A stretch of 53,657 bases of DNA from a virus. Its lineage: Duplodnaviria > Caudoviricetes. The stretch's first letter is position 1; every line of letters begins with the position of its first letter. Positions 35,616-44,402 of this stretch are shown in pieces. The DNA is taken from IMG/VR virus record IMGVR_UViG_3300036715_001099, positions 1 through 53,657 of that record. One strand, written 5' to 3'. Both the position numbers and the translations under genes were made by a program. Under the pieces are notes generated by a model that saw nothing but the letters and a program-made list of their open reading frames with translations, was not told the DNA's origin and made no database searches.

Positions 35616-37475
35616 TCAGGCCTCCTCATACTTCGTGAGCTCGCCCCAGTTGGGACCAGCCTTCCCGTCGCTGATCATAGGGACACTCATCTCAATCGAC
35701 GACATCACGTCGTTGAGGATGGTCATCTCCTTTCGCAGCGCCATCTTCGGTGCCGACGCGTTGATCTCGTCGTGTACCGTGACCATGAAGCGCGACTCCT
35801 TCTTGACCGCGTCGTAGCGGATGACCGCCTCCTTCGTGCAGTCTGCAGCGCTGCCCTGGACCAAGTAGTTCAGCAGCTTGTAGTCGAAGTGCAGCCACCT
35901 CCCCTGATGGAGTACGGGCGGCTCGCAGAAGTAGAGACGCCCGCCCCACGTCCGGAGCGGCTGATTGTTGCGCGCACGCTCCTTGATGTCGCGCTCCATC
36001 TGACGCAGGTCGGGGATCGCAGCCTTCTGCGCTGCGCGCAGCTTGCGCGCAGTCTCCACGTCCACGCCCGTTCCCGCGGCCAGCTTCCCGACGCCCATCC
36101 CGTAGAGCATCCCGAAGTTCAGGATCTTGACGGGGCGACGCTGCAACGACTGGCCCGTGACGCGCTCGATCTCGCCTTGGACGAAGATGTGGAAGTCCAT
36201 GCGTGGGTTCGTGCGATAGGCCGCACACATCTTACCGTCCTCGAAGTGAGCGAAGATTCGGAACTCTTGCTGATTGTAGTCGCGGTGCATGAAGACACCA
36301 CCCTTGTCGGGGATGATGTACTTGCGCACAAGCGGGAGCTCGGGAATGCCGAGGAAGGCGGGGTGGATGTACCCGTCGCCCTTGTCCATGAAATCCTTGC
36401 TGATGTTCATGAACCTCGAGCAGCTGAGGCGCCCGGTACGAGTGCCCTTGCTGGCGTTCGCGCCATGTCCCTCCTGCGCCTGACGCACTTGGTTCCACGA
36501 CGTGAAAATGGATCCGGTCGCTTGCGCCTGCGCGAGCCACGGCTCCATTGACATCTTGAGCACGGTGATCAGCCGGTTGCGGTAGCCCAACGCAGCCGCG
36601 ACCTGAGGGTCGAGGATCTTGTCGATGGTGAGGTTCTTCTTTGCCACCGACTTCTTCCCCGACTTCGGCGTCATCACCCAGTCAGTGACGAGTTCGTTGG
36701 CGTCCAGCGCAGCCGCGACCTCCGCGTCCGCGTCGAAGTTGATGGAGTCGTTGCCGAGCCGCTTGCGGAGCCAGTCCTCCGACGCCCCGAGTGACTTCTG
36801 GTAGACGGTCACGTCGCGGGCCAGGCGGTCCACGTCGACGAGCATCCCCTCGCGCTCGTTGCGATACAGGATGGGCATCAGCCGGAGCTCGCGCTCGTAC
36901 GCCGTACGCATCCCCTCGTCGAGCGTCGGGTAGATCAACTCGTAGAGCTTCCACGTACGGAGCACGTCGCCGTTCGCGTAGTCCCCGACCAGCTTGCCCG
37001 GTGCCTTACAGATGAAGGCGCCCGCGTCCTTCTGCTTGAGCGTCTTGATGAAGCCATGCGCGAGCAGCCATTGCTTGACCGCGTCCTGCTCTTCAGGCGG
37101 CATCCCAAGCAACGCGTCGGCGCTCGGCTTCAAGCTCAGCGACATTGCGTGTGGATTGTGCAGGAACAGCAGGAACATCGTGTCGTCGTACTCGTCGTGA
37201 TTCAACATGCGCAGGCCCCAATGCTCATGGGCCACCGACTGATCGAACTTCGCGTTGTGGAAGATGACCAGGTACTTCCCGCCCCACACCGCGGTCAGCG
37301 CGCGACGCGCTTGGCTCTCGGTGCAATTATTCTCGACGGGGTGCCCGAAGGCCCAGTACTTGGACTCACCGGAGTCCGGGAACATGATGCTCACGCCGAC
37401 GGGCTTGGGCGCAGCGTTCTTCGTGTCGTCGATGGCCTCGGTCTCAAAGTCCACGACAACAATTCTCTTCGACAT
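35616..37475 (-). CDS. polA: family A DNA polymerase with 3'-5' exonuclease
   Basis: DFETE, FHNAKFD, TGRLS, DYNQQEFRI, K.LNFG..YG.G, NYLVQGSAAD, VHDEI. Confidence 0.95.
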   Translation of the reverse strand: MSKRIVVVDFETEAIDDTKNAAPKPVGVSIMFPDSGESKYWAFGHPVENNCTESQARRALTAVWGGKYLVIFHNAKFDQSVAHEHWGLRMLNHDEYDDTMFLLFLHNPHAMSLSLKPSADALLGMPPEEQDAVKQWLLAHGFIKTLKQKDAGAFICKAPGKLVGDYANGDVLRTWKLYELIYPTLDEGMRTAYERELRLMPILYRNEREGMLVDVDRLARDVTVYQKSLGASEDWLRKRLGNDSINFDADAEVAAALDANELVTDWVMTPKSGKKSVAKKNLTIDKILDPQVAAALGYRNRLITVLKMSMEPWLAQAQATGSIFTSWNQVRQAQEGHGANASKGTRTGRLSCSRFMNISKDFMDKGDGYIHPAFLGIPELPLVRKYIIPDKGGVFMHRDYNQQEFRIFAHFEDGKMCAAYRTNPRMDFHIFVQGEIERVTGQSLQRRPVKILNFGMLYGMGVGKLAAGTGVDVETARKLRAAQKAAIPDLRQMERDIKERARNNQPLRTWGGRLYFCEPPVLHQGRWLHFDYKLLNYLVQGSAADCTKEAVIRYDAVKKESRFMVTVHDEINASAPKMALRKEMTILNDVMSSIEMSVPMISDGKAGPNWGELTKYEEA

Positions 37476-37515
37476 TGGCTACTCCTGTGAGGGTGAGGCG
37501 CCTACTCCACACCAC

Positions 37516-37546
37516 AAAGCCCCACGAGCCGAGTAGCTCGTGGGGC
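37516..37546 (-). terminator. intrinsic terminator
   Basis: Minus strand GCCCCACGAGC-tactcg-GCTCGTGGGGC-TTT. Confidence 0.65.
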
Positions 37547-37565
37547 AAGTGCTAGGGAGCGAGGT

Positions 37566-38477
37566 CTAGAACTTCCGCGGCGTGACCTTCTTCGCCGGCT
37601 TCGCCTCGTCGGACTCCGGATTGAACTTCCCGTAGGGGAAGGTGATCTCCTCCTTCACCGACTCCAGCCGCGCCAGGATGGGCACGATGAACTCCTGCCC
37701 CAGCGACTCCACGACCCGGAAGTTCATCTTGAACTGCGTCTTCGCGTCCGGGGTCAGACTGATCTCCGTGATGACGCCGAACGGCGGGCGCTTGAGCGTG
37801 GAGGCGACGCCCTTCACGTAGTGCGCCCACGGCTTGACAGAGGTGACCGAGACCTTCGCGTAGAAGATCTCGGCGTCGGGGACACCCTCCGGCGTCAGGC
37901 CGTTGGCGCTGATGATGGCCAGGCGCCGGATGTTCTTGCACGCCTTGCCCTTCCCGGTGTCCGCCGTGCCCCACTCATTCTGAGGGCACCCGCTGCACTC
38001 CGCCGCTTGCTTGTCGCCGGCGTCCTCGTGCGGTGCCATGCCGTCCTCGACGTGACCGAAGGCGTAGCAGTTCGGCGAGGCGGGGGCGTCGGCGTCGAAC
38101 TTGCCCTTGTAGAAGACGTTCTCGTAGACGTGGTCGAGGATGATGACGAGGATCTTGTTGCCCTCGACGGGCTGACCGCCCACGGACAGGATGCCGCCCC
38201 GGGTGCCGATGAACTGGCCCGAAGGGGTCTGCTCGCGGTCACTGGTCTCCTGCGCGTACTTCGCGAGCTCCTCCTCCCAATTCATCATGGCCGTGGACTG
38301 CGCAGGCGCGGCCTTGACGGGCAGGGTGGGCTTCGCAGCGGGCTTTGCGACGACGGGCTTGGCCGCTGGAGCGACGGGCGCAGCGGGTGCGGCCTGCGCC
38401 GGGGCCGCGGGCTTCGTGGCCTGTGCGGCGGGCGTGGTGGCTTTGACGACGGGCTTCTTGATGGGCAGAACTGCCAT
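37566..38477 (-). CDS. putative ssDNA-binding/annealing protein with Pro/Ala/Lys N-terminal tail
   Basis: Upstream of polA; P.CY, C..CP.N.WG...GKGKACKN.RRL motif seen in phage replication clusters. Confidence 0.6.
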   Translation of the reverse strand: MAVLPIKKPVVKATTPAAQATKPAAPAQAAPAAPVAPAAKPVVAKPAAKPTLPVKAAPAQSTAMMNWEEELAKYAQETSDREQTPSGQFIGTRGGILSVGGQPVEGNKILVIILDHVYENVFYKGKFDADAPASPNCYAFGHVEDGMAPHEDAGDKQAAECSGCPQNEWGTADTGKGKACKNIRRLAIISANGLTPEGVPDAEIFYAKVSVTSVKPWAHYVKGVASTLKRPPFGVITEISLTPDAKTQFKMNFRVVESLGQEFIVPILARLESVKEEITFPYGKFNPESDEAKPAKKVTPRKF

Positions 38478-38525
38478 GGTGAGACTCCGTTGTGTTGCGT
38501 TGAGAGGCTGCACTGCGAGGGTTGG

Positions 38526-38927
38526 TTACCGCTTGGTCAAGCTGAGGGACAGCACCTGGAACGGCTCCACGCCGGGGATCGCTTTGCCAGCCTCGAGGCG
38601 CTCCCGGTAGGCGCCGTCGGACACCCGCTTCTGCAGGAGGTCAAAGGACTTGGTCTTCTTGATGTACTCGTAGAACTTGTCCCAGTCCTTGACCGTGGCG
38701 ACGGTCTTACGCTGGAGGCTCGCCGTGGCGATGGTACCCTTCGCGCCTTCGATGGAGTCCTTACTGAAGGAGTTGATGATGTGCTCCTTGAGCGCGTGCT
38801 CCTCGTGCTCCACCTCGGTCACTTGCTGTGCAATCGCGTGTCGCTTCTCGCGCAGCTTGTACGCCTTGTCCACGCACGCCCCGATGGTCTTCGGGAAGAT
38901 GTAGACCTTCTCCTCTTTTTCGGCCAT
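38526..38927 (-). CDS. conserved phage replication-module protein (coiled coil + V.DWD.FY.YI motif)
   Basis: LLQKRVS...IPGV; typical neighbour of this SSB type. Confidence 0.7.
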   Translation of the reverse strand: MAEKEEKVYIFPKTIGACVDKAYKLREKRHAIAQQVTEVEHEEHALKEHIINSFSKDSIEGAKGTIATASLQRKTVATVKDWDKFYEYIKKTKSFDLLQKRVSDGAYRERLEAGKAIPGVEPFQVLSLSLTKR

Positions 38928-39008
38928 GCTGTACTCCGTGTTTTAGGATTTCGGTTTTCGTTCTCAGCGGGTGGCGCGTCCACCCATGTCGGCGCTCTAC
39001 CTCCGGTT

Positions 39009-39389
39009 CTACTTCTTGACCTCGGGGACCTTGCTGCCGACCTCGGCCTCAATCAGCAGCAAGTAGCGACGCAGGTCGCGGATGTCGTCCATGATGCCCT
39101 CGGCCCGCTTGTCGCCCTCCACAGCCCTGAAGATGTTGTAGTCGTACTTCCCGACGGCGAGTTCGAGTCGGTCCCATTTCCGCGCAGCCATCATGAAGGC
39201 GCCCACACCACCACGCTTCTTCCACGACGTGCCGTAGTTCATGTGAGATGCGGCCAGGCTGTTCGCATCTGCGAGCGCAGCGTCCAGCACCGCGTTCGCC
39301 GGAAACCCGTCAGCCTGTGCAGTGCGCAGAATGGGCGGCGTCCCACTCACCACGAAGTCCGTACCACCCGGCGTCTTCTCGTCAGACAT
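39009..39389 (-). CDS. nucleotide-modification-associated (Nmad1-like, all-alpha NTP pyrophosphohydrolase-related) protein
   Basis: NYG.SWKKRGGVGAFMM.ARKWDRLE...D.I.DLRRYLLLIEA; inside the modification cluster. Confidence 0.65.
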   Translation of the reverse strand: MSDEKTPGGTDFVVSGTPPILRTAQADGFPANAVLDAALADANSLAASHMNYGTSWKKRGGVGAFMMAARKWDRLELAVGKYDYNIFRAVEGDKRAEGIMDDIRDLRRYLLLIEAEVGSKVPEVKK

Positions 39390-39939
39390 CGTCGAAGCTC
39401 TCAGTCAGGGCCTGCGTGAAGTACGACACACCAGGGAGGCCCGTCTCGGTGGCGTAAGTGAGGGCGTTCTTGAACACGCTCTCCAAGTGCTTCGTGCGGT
39501 TGCCCATCTCGCGCTCGTGAAGACAGTTGAATGCCAGGTCCAGCGCGTCGCTCGCCTTCACCACCCTCTGCTCGAGCGGAGTGAGGTGCGTATAGATCAG
39601 GAACTTCTCGTCGAAGCGCGCCTCAAGCAGTGTGACCGCATTGCGCACAGACTCGCTGTACCGCTTGACCGGCGCAGGGATGTCGCCCGTCACGAGCTCG
39701 GCGGCATCGTGGTAGAGCAGCGCCAGCATCACGCTCAGCATATTCACAGCGGCCGAGCCCAGCGTCTCGCAGAAGTGGACGCCGAGGATCAGCGATCCGT
39801 AGACGTGCTGAGCATCCGTATGGTGGTTCAGCGTGGGAATGGCGTGCATTCGCTTGACCCGCCCGCTGCGGTAGAGGGTCTGGATTCGCTGGTACTGCGT
39901 AGGCTTGAACTCGGGGTCCAGCAGTCGAATCTCGCTCAT
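39382..39939 (-). CDS. HD-domain 5'-deoxynucleotidase (YfbR-like)
   Basis: V.R.H......AQH.Y, ALLYHDAAE..TGDIPAPVK, K.SD.LD. Confidence 0.85.
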   Translation of the reverse strand: MSEIRLLDPEFKPTQYQRIQTLYRSGRVKRMHAIPTLNHHTDAQHVYGSLILGVHFCETLGSAAVNMLSVMLALLYHDAAELVTGDIPAPVKRYSESVRNAVTLLEARFDEKFLIYTHLTPLEQRVVKASDALDLAFNCLHEREMGNRTKHLESVFKNALTYATETGLPGVSYFTQALTESFDDV

Positions 39940-39963
39940 GGTCGTGGTCCTCGGTGAGTGTGC

Positions 39964-41013
39964 TTACTTTGCTTCCGGGTGCGCCTTCAGCCACAGCTGG
40001 CCCGCCCGGCTCCAGTCGCTGGCGTGGCACTCCTCGAGGAATCCCTCGTCCCTGTGCAGCCACGCATTCCACATCGGGATTGCGACCTCCTGCCACCACG
40101 CCGTCTCGTAGTGATCGACGGTCTGGGACCTCGGGCCGTGCTCATCGAAGTCTTCGAAGAAGCTGGCCAGGTCGTCGTCCCATCCCGTGTCGCCGGCGCA
40201 CATCGGCGTCGCAGCCACGCCACCCTTCGCGTAGAGGTCATCGCTGACCGGGTCGCCGTGGTCGAGCTCTCCGCTGACGCGCGCCCACACCTTCGAAGAC
40301 CCGCCTTCGGTGTAGACGTGGAACGAGTCGCTGATCTGAATCATCTGGCCTACCTCCACGCCGAGCTTCCCGGCGATGTACTCCTGGAGCATGGAGAAGT
40401 GGACTGCGTTCGCGCCGTACGCACCCCAGACCATGTCGTTGGAGCGACAGCAGATGGTCATGCGCAGCGCCCCGTCGCGCAGCTTGAAGTAGAGGATGGA
40501 GTTGCACGGGATGTCCTTGCTGTCGATCCCGCCAACCTGCCTCACCACCCCATCGGGGTCCTGCGCGCCGAACGTCCGCAGGTCGTGCCGCGTGTCCCAC
40601 ATGGCGATCACGCCGCGACGCGTGTTCTTGTCACGCTTGATGACCTCCACCACGGCCTGAATCTGGTCGATGCCGAAGGCCGTGCGCCACCGCCATCCAT
40701 AGGCGCCTTGCATCAGCCATCCGTTGTCACTGAAACTCGCCATGTGCTTCACGATGGTCGCAGGGAACCGAACGTCGTTCCGGCCCGCCAGCATCCAGAG
40801 CGCTTCGAACAGGTGAAAGAACGGGTTGGCGTCGCGCACCGCGCTGAACAGGACGCGCTCAGTGGGCCTGTCGTAGGTGGTGATAACCGGGGCGGGCCAC
40901 TCCAAGACCTTCGTGCCGCGTGCCGCGATGGCGAACGACTGACGCGCGAAGATGTGAAGGAGCTCAGCCCCACGCTGAAACGCCCCGTTGACGTTGCGAA
41001 TGTTGATCTCCAT
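39964..41013 (-). CDS. thymidylate synthase homolog, probable dUMP hydroxymethylase
   Basis: NPFF...E.LW..AG, GAYG.R, TRR, KDIPCN, RSND..WG..GAN (Asn at the dUMP-specificity site), SFHVY. Confidence 0.85.
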   Translation of the reverse strand: MEINIRNVNGAFQRGAELLHIFARQSFAIAARGTKVLEWPAPVITTYDRPTERVLFSAVRDANPFFHLFEALWMLAGRNDVRFPATIVKHMASFSDNGWLMQGAYGWRWRTAFGIDQIQAVVEVIKRDKNTRRGVIAMWDTRHDLRTFGAQDPDGVVRQVGGIDSKDIPCNSILYFKLRDGALRMTICCRSNDMVWGAYGANAVHFSMLQEYIAGKLGVEVGQMIQISDSFHVYTEGGSSKVWARVSGELDHGDPVSDDLYAKGGVAATPMCAGDTGWDDDLASFFEDFDEHGPRSQTVDHYETAWWQEVAIPMWNAWLHRDEGFLEECHASDWSRAGQLWLKAHPEAK

Positions 41014-41017
41014 GGGT

Positions 41018-41869
41018 CTAGACCTTTCCCTTGACTGCCGTCTTCAGTGACTTCTGGCGCAGCGCCTCGGCCTCCGCAGCGGCCTTGACCCTCGCGTTGT
41101 GCCCGACCGCGTTGCGCCACGAGATGACAACGTCCTGCCGTGTGGCGCCCTCCATGCCTTCCCAGGCGGGCTTCTCCACGACCTTGACGTACTCGCTGTG
41201 GAGCTCCTTCAAGCGCAGCGCGCTGGCGTTGTGGCGCTCGAGCGTCCGCCAGGTGGAACAGCCTCCGGTCGCGTTGCTCGTGCCCATCGTGCAGCGCCAC
41301 TCCAGGCTGACCCGGTTATTGAATCCGGCCTTCATCAGTTGGAGCGTCATGTGAAAGTCCTCCATGCACCACCACGACTCAGGCCCGAGAATGAAGCTCG
41401 CCTTGTTGGCGAACACGACCGGGACGTTGTAGGCGAGGCAGTACATCATCCGCCCGGACATGTGGCTCTGCGTAACCGGGGCTGCGTAGGCCAGCTGTCG
41501 CACGCCCCATCCGCAGTGAGGCACCTCGTCCAGCGTGGTCTCGATCCACTGGAGCGCCTCCATCACCTCTGCCGGCGAGCAGTCGGTGATCTTTCCGTCG
41601 TCTCGCCGGCGCTGAACGTGCCGCATGTCGTCATCCATCATGACGACCTTGTCCCAACCATTCTTCTTCGCGGTGTCGAGGACAAACTGCCTCACAGCGG
41701 AGATACCCATCTTGTCGCAGACCAGCACCGAGCGACCGAGCGCCAGGTGCGCAGGAGCCTCCTCCTTCGTGCAGACGATGGATGTGACGGCGCGCGCAGC
41801 GGGCGGAAGCGCGTTCCAGGTGTGTTGCTTGTTGACACGGTTCAGCGTGGGAATGAAGATACGCAGCAT
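41018..41869 (-). CDS. GT-A fold glycosyltransferase (TET/JBP-associated, GREB1-like DNA glycosyltransferase family)
   Basis: IFIPT..R, GI..VRQ, MMDDD (DxD), EDF...LQL...G, GGCS..RT. Confidence 0.75.
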   Translation of the reverse strand: MLRIFIPTLNRVNKQHTWNALPPAARAVTSIVCTKEEAPAHLALGRSVLVCDKMGISAVRQFVLDTAKKNGWDKVVMMDDDMRHVQRRRDDGKITDCSPAEVMEALQWIETTLDEVPHCGWGVRQLAYAAPVTQSHMSGRMMYCLAYNVPVVFANKASFILGPESWWCMEDFHMTLQLMKAGFNNRVSLEWRCTMGTSNATGGCSTWRTLERHNASALRLKELHSEYVKVVEKPAWEGMEGATRQDVVISWRNAVGHNARVKAAAEAEALRQKSLKTAVKGKV

Positions 41870-41878
41870 GGTCGCTCC

Positions 41879-42754
41879 TTACTTCTTGGGCTTCGGGTGA
41901 TGATACGTGGAACGTGGACGGCCTTGACCGAGCCTGACTCGCTCGTACTTGTCGAACTCACAAAGGCAGAACTGAACGTCGTGGGCGGAGAGCGGCTTGA
42001 TACCCGTGCCAATGAGTTCAGCATTCACAGCACCCTGCACAGCCATCAACTCGGCGACCCAGAAGGCCTCCTTGCCGCCTCCGTAGTGCAGGTCCCGCTC
42101 CTGTAGGCGGTTGATACCGCGCCGAGCGCCCGGCCCTACAGGACTCCAGGTCAGCGCGTCGTCCGCGTCCTTGCCGAAGCGCGTCAGGAGCACGTCCTGT
42201 AGAACCTCCTTGCTCATGAATCCGCTCCCGCCGAAGCCAGGTACAGTCTTCAGCACGTCGTACGCCGCTTCCCAGCTGCGCCGCATCTTTAGCGCGGACA
42301 TCACCATCGGGGCGCGCTTCCACATGCTGCCGATGAAGTCACAGACCACAACTTCTTTCGGCTCAGTCCGGCCACAGTTCGTGATGACGTAGGCACCTGT
42401 GAAGACCCGAGCCCCCGCGCCGAGCCGAGCCCGCGCAGTCTGGATGACGCTCTTCGCGACGTCGTCGTTCCAGTCATTGAGCCAGCCCAGATGCTCCATG
42501 AATTCGAAGGTGCCAAAGTACCTGGCGATCGTGCAGTTGAGCAGCGTCACTTCGGGCTTCGTCTTCGCGTTGATGTTCTTGTCGTAGATCGCCTTGAACC
42601 GCTTCGTGGCCGCGTCGTCCTCTCGGTGAACGTTCGTGAACTTGTACTTGTGGAGAATGGGGTCCTTGGTCCACGGGGACGGGAGCCCGGCTGCGCGCTT
42701 GACGCGTATGGACTCGCGCTCCCGGATGTAGCCTGCGAAGGCTTCGGTGTTCAC
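41879..42754 (-). CDS. 5-hydroxymethyluracil DNA kinase (aGPT-Pplase1 family)
   Basis: ERE.IR.......PWT.DPIL..YKFTNV.REDD, FTGAY, GPGA.RG..R, Q..LCEFDKY.R. Confidence 0.85.
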   Translation of the reverse strand: MNTEAFAGYIRERESIRVKRAAGLPSPWTKDPILHKYKFTNVHREDDAATKRFKAIYDKNINAKTKPEVTLLNCTIARYFGTFEFMEHLGWLNDWNDDVAKSVIQTARARLGAGARVFTGAYVITNCGRTEPKEVVVCDFIGSMWKRAPMVMSALKMRRSWEAAYDVLKTVPGFGGSGFMSKEVLQDVLLTRFGKDADDALTWSPVGPGARRGINRLQERDLHYGGGKEAFWVAELMAVQGAVNAELIGTGIKPLSAHDVQFCLCEFDKYERVRLGQGRPRSTYHHPKPKK

Positions 42755-43620
42755 AGGAGCTCCATGGCGTCAACGGTGAAGTGTCCATCGACACAGGTCG
42801 GGCAGCGCGTGCGCAGCGGCGGAAGCTCTTCGTAGACGGTGCCGGGGAGTTGCACACCGTAGATCAGCGGTCGGATGTCTGCGGCCGACACTGGCCATGT
42901 CACGAGCCCAGTGCAGCGCCAGCACATGCCGCGCGCCGTAAAGCAGGCCCCTAGCTGCCCCGCTGGAGGGCTAACGGTGCCGGGCCCGGCCTGTGGGGTG
43001 GGTGCCGTTGGCGCCCTTGCCTGCGGCTGTGCTGCGAAGTCGCGCTTACGCACAGGCTCCTCAAGTAGCTTGGGAATCTTGTACGCGAACATCTCGTCGA
43101 GCGCCGCGTTGCGCGCGGTGAAGTAGCTCGGGACATCCGACTCGAGCCGCACCATCTCAACCCCGGCGATCTTCGCAAGCCACCCGACCACCTTGGACTC
43201 CCGTGGCTCACGGCTCGGGTACGTGTCGAGCTCGTACACGACGCGCTTGATTCCACTTGCCAGCACCACGTTCTTCATGCAAGGCGCGCACGGGATATGA
43301 GTGCAGACCAGCGACGCGGTACTCAGGTCAACACCTGCGCGCAGCGCCTTGCGAACAGCATTCACCTCAGCGTGAATGACGAGCTCATACTTCGTGAGCT
43401 TGTTCTCGGTTGTCTCGCGCTGATTCCAGGTCTCCTCAGCGTCCGGCACGCCGACAGGGAACCCGTTGTACCCGATGAACAACCCGCCGCTGACCGGGTC
43501 GTAGATGCAAGCGCCGACCTTCGTGCTCGGGTCCTTGCTGCGCGACTCCGCCCACAGCTTGCACACCGCGAGAATCGCTTCTTCAGTGCTCAGCTTCGAC
43601 TTCAGGATGTTCGGTTGCAT
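42751..43620 (-). CDS. dCMP deaminase with C-terminal CxxC...CxxC extension
   Basis: RSKDPSTKVGA, GYNGFP.G, HAE.NA, PC..C. Confidence 0.9.
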   Translation of the reverse strand: MQPNILKSKLSTEEAILAVCKLWAESRSKDPSTKVGACIYDPVSGGLFIGYNGFPVGVPDAEETWNQRETTENKLTKYELVIHAEVNAVRKALRAGVDLSTASLVCTHIPCAPCMKNVVLASGIKRVVYELDTYPSREPRESKVVGWLAKIAGVEMVRLESDVPSYFTARNAALDEMFAYKIPKLLEEPVRKRDFAAQPQARAPTAPTPQAGPGTVSPPAGQLGACFTARGMCWRCTGLVTWPVSAADIRPLIYGVQLPGTVYEELPPLRTRCPTCVDGHFTVDAMELL

Positions 43621-43916
43621 CACGTTCCTTTCGCCTTGACAATCTGCCATGGCTTGAGCGCGGGCTTCGGCGGCTCGGGTGGTGGGATCTTCGCGGTCAG
43701 CTCTTTGCGCAGCGCCTCCATCTCCTCGTTGTGCGTGGCCTGCGCTTCGGCCAGGTGCTCCATCATCGCGGTCCAGGTTCCGAGTGCCACGCTCACGGTC
43801 CCCTTCTTCGCATCTTTGGCCATGCGGCCCATCGTGGTGATGGACTGCTCCAGCGTTCGCCGCACTGGCCCCTCTGTGCTCGGCAGTCGCCCGCCGCACG
43901 TCGTGCAACGCTTCAT
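43620..43916 (-). CDS. hypothetical protein
   Basis: ATGA overlap, AAGGAG RBS. Confidence 0.6.
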   Translation of the reverse strand: MKRCTTCGGRLPSTEGPVRRTLEQSITTMGRMAKDAKKGTVSVALGTWTAMMEHLAEAQATHNEEMEALRKELTAKIPPPEPPKPALKPWQIVKAKGT

Positions 43917-44278
43917 CGCCGCTCCTTGTTGTGGTTGAATCCGGTGCCGACCTCAACGCGCGGACCGCTGATGACTCCAGATCCCAGCCCGTACGACGTA
44001 CGCCACACTAGCCACCCGCGGCTGAACATGGGGTTCGTCACGCGCCAGTCTTCGGCGAGGTACTCCAGTCGGCTGATGCTACCGCCCACAGCCTGGATGC
44101 GCTCGTAGACACGCCGCTGCGCGAGCGACATCGAGTAAGTCTTCTTCGACTTGCGCTCGGCGCGCTCAGCGAGGTTGTGCTGTTGAGACTTCGGGAATTT
44201 GGCGAGGTACTCGCGAACGAGTTCACGGACCGTCGAGCCAATGGCGTTCTGCAGATTCGACTTCGTTTTCGATTGCAT
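43913..44278 (-). CDS. hypothetical protein
   Basis: GAGG RBS before ATG 44278. Confidence 0.55.
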   Translation of the reverse strand: MQSKTKSNLQNAIGSTVRELVREYLAKFPKSQQHNLAERAERKSKKTYSMSLAQRRVYERIQAVGGSISRLEYLAEDWRVTNPMFSRGWLVWRTSYGLGSGVISGPRVEVGTGFNHNKERR

Positions 44279-44402
44279 GTAGTCCTCTCTACGTTGGCAG
44301 CGCAAGCGCCGCATGACCTACGAAACATCAACTGCGCCCGACACTACCCGGCCCCCGCTCCGAGTACAAGCATCTAATTACACTATAATATGCGGATATG
44401 AA

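Noticed and set aside
39382-39939. DatZ and a 2-aminoadenine (Z) genome
   Set aside because: No PurZ/adenylosuccinate synthetase homolog seen; the neighbours point to the 5hmdU pathway
39964-41013. dCMP hydroxymethylase giving T4-like glucosyl-hmC
   Set aside because: Asn rather than Asp at the specificity position, plus a dCMP deaminase and a 5hmdU kinase in the same operon, favour dUMP as substrate
44370-44402. AT-rich patch with TATAAT on the + strand, antisense to the ligase
   Set aside because: No matching -35 element and no downstream ORF; cannot be supported beyond a single hexamer
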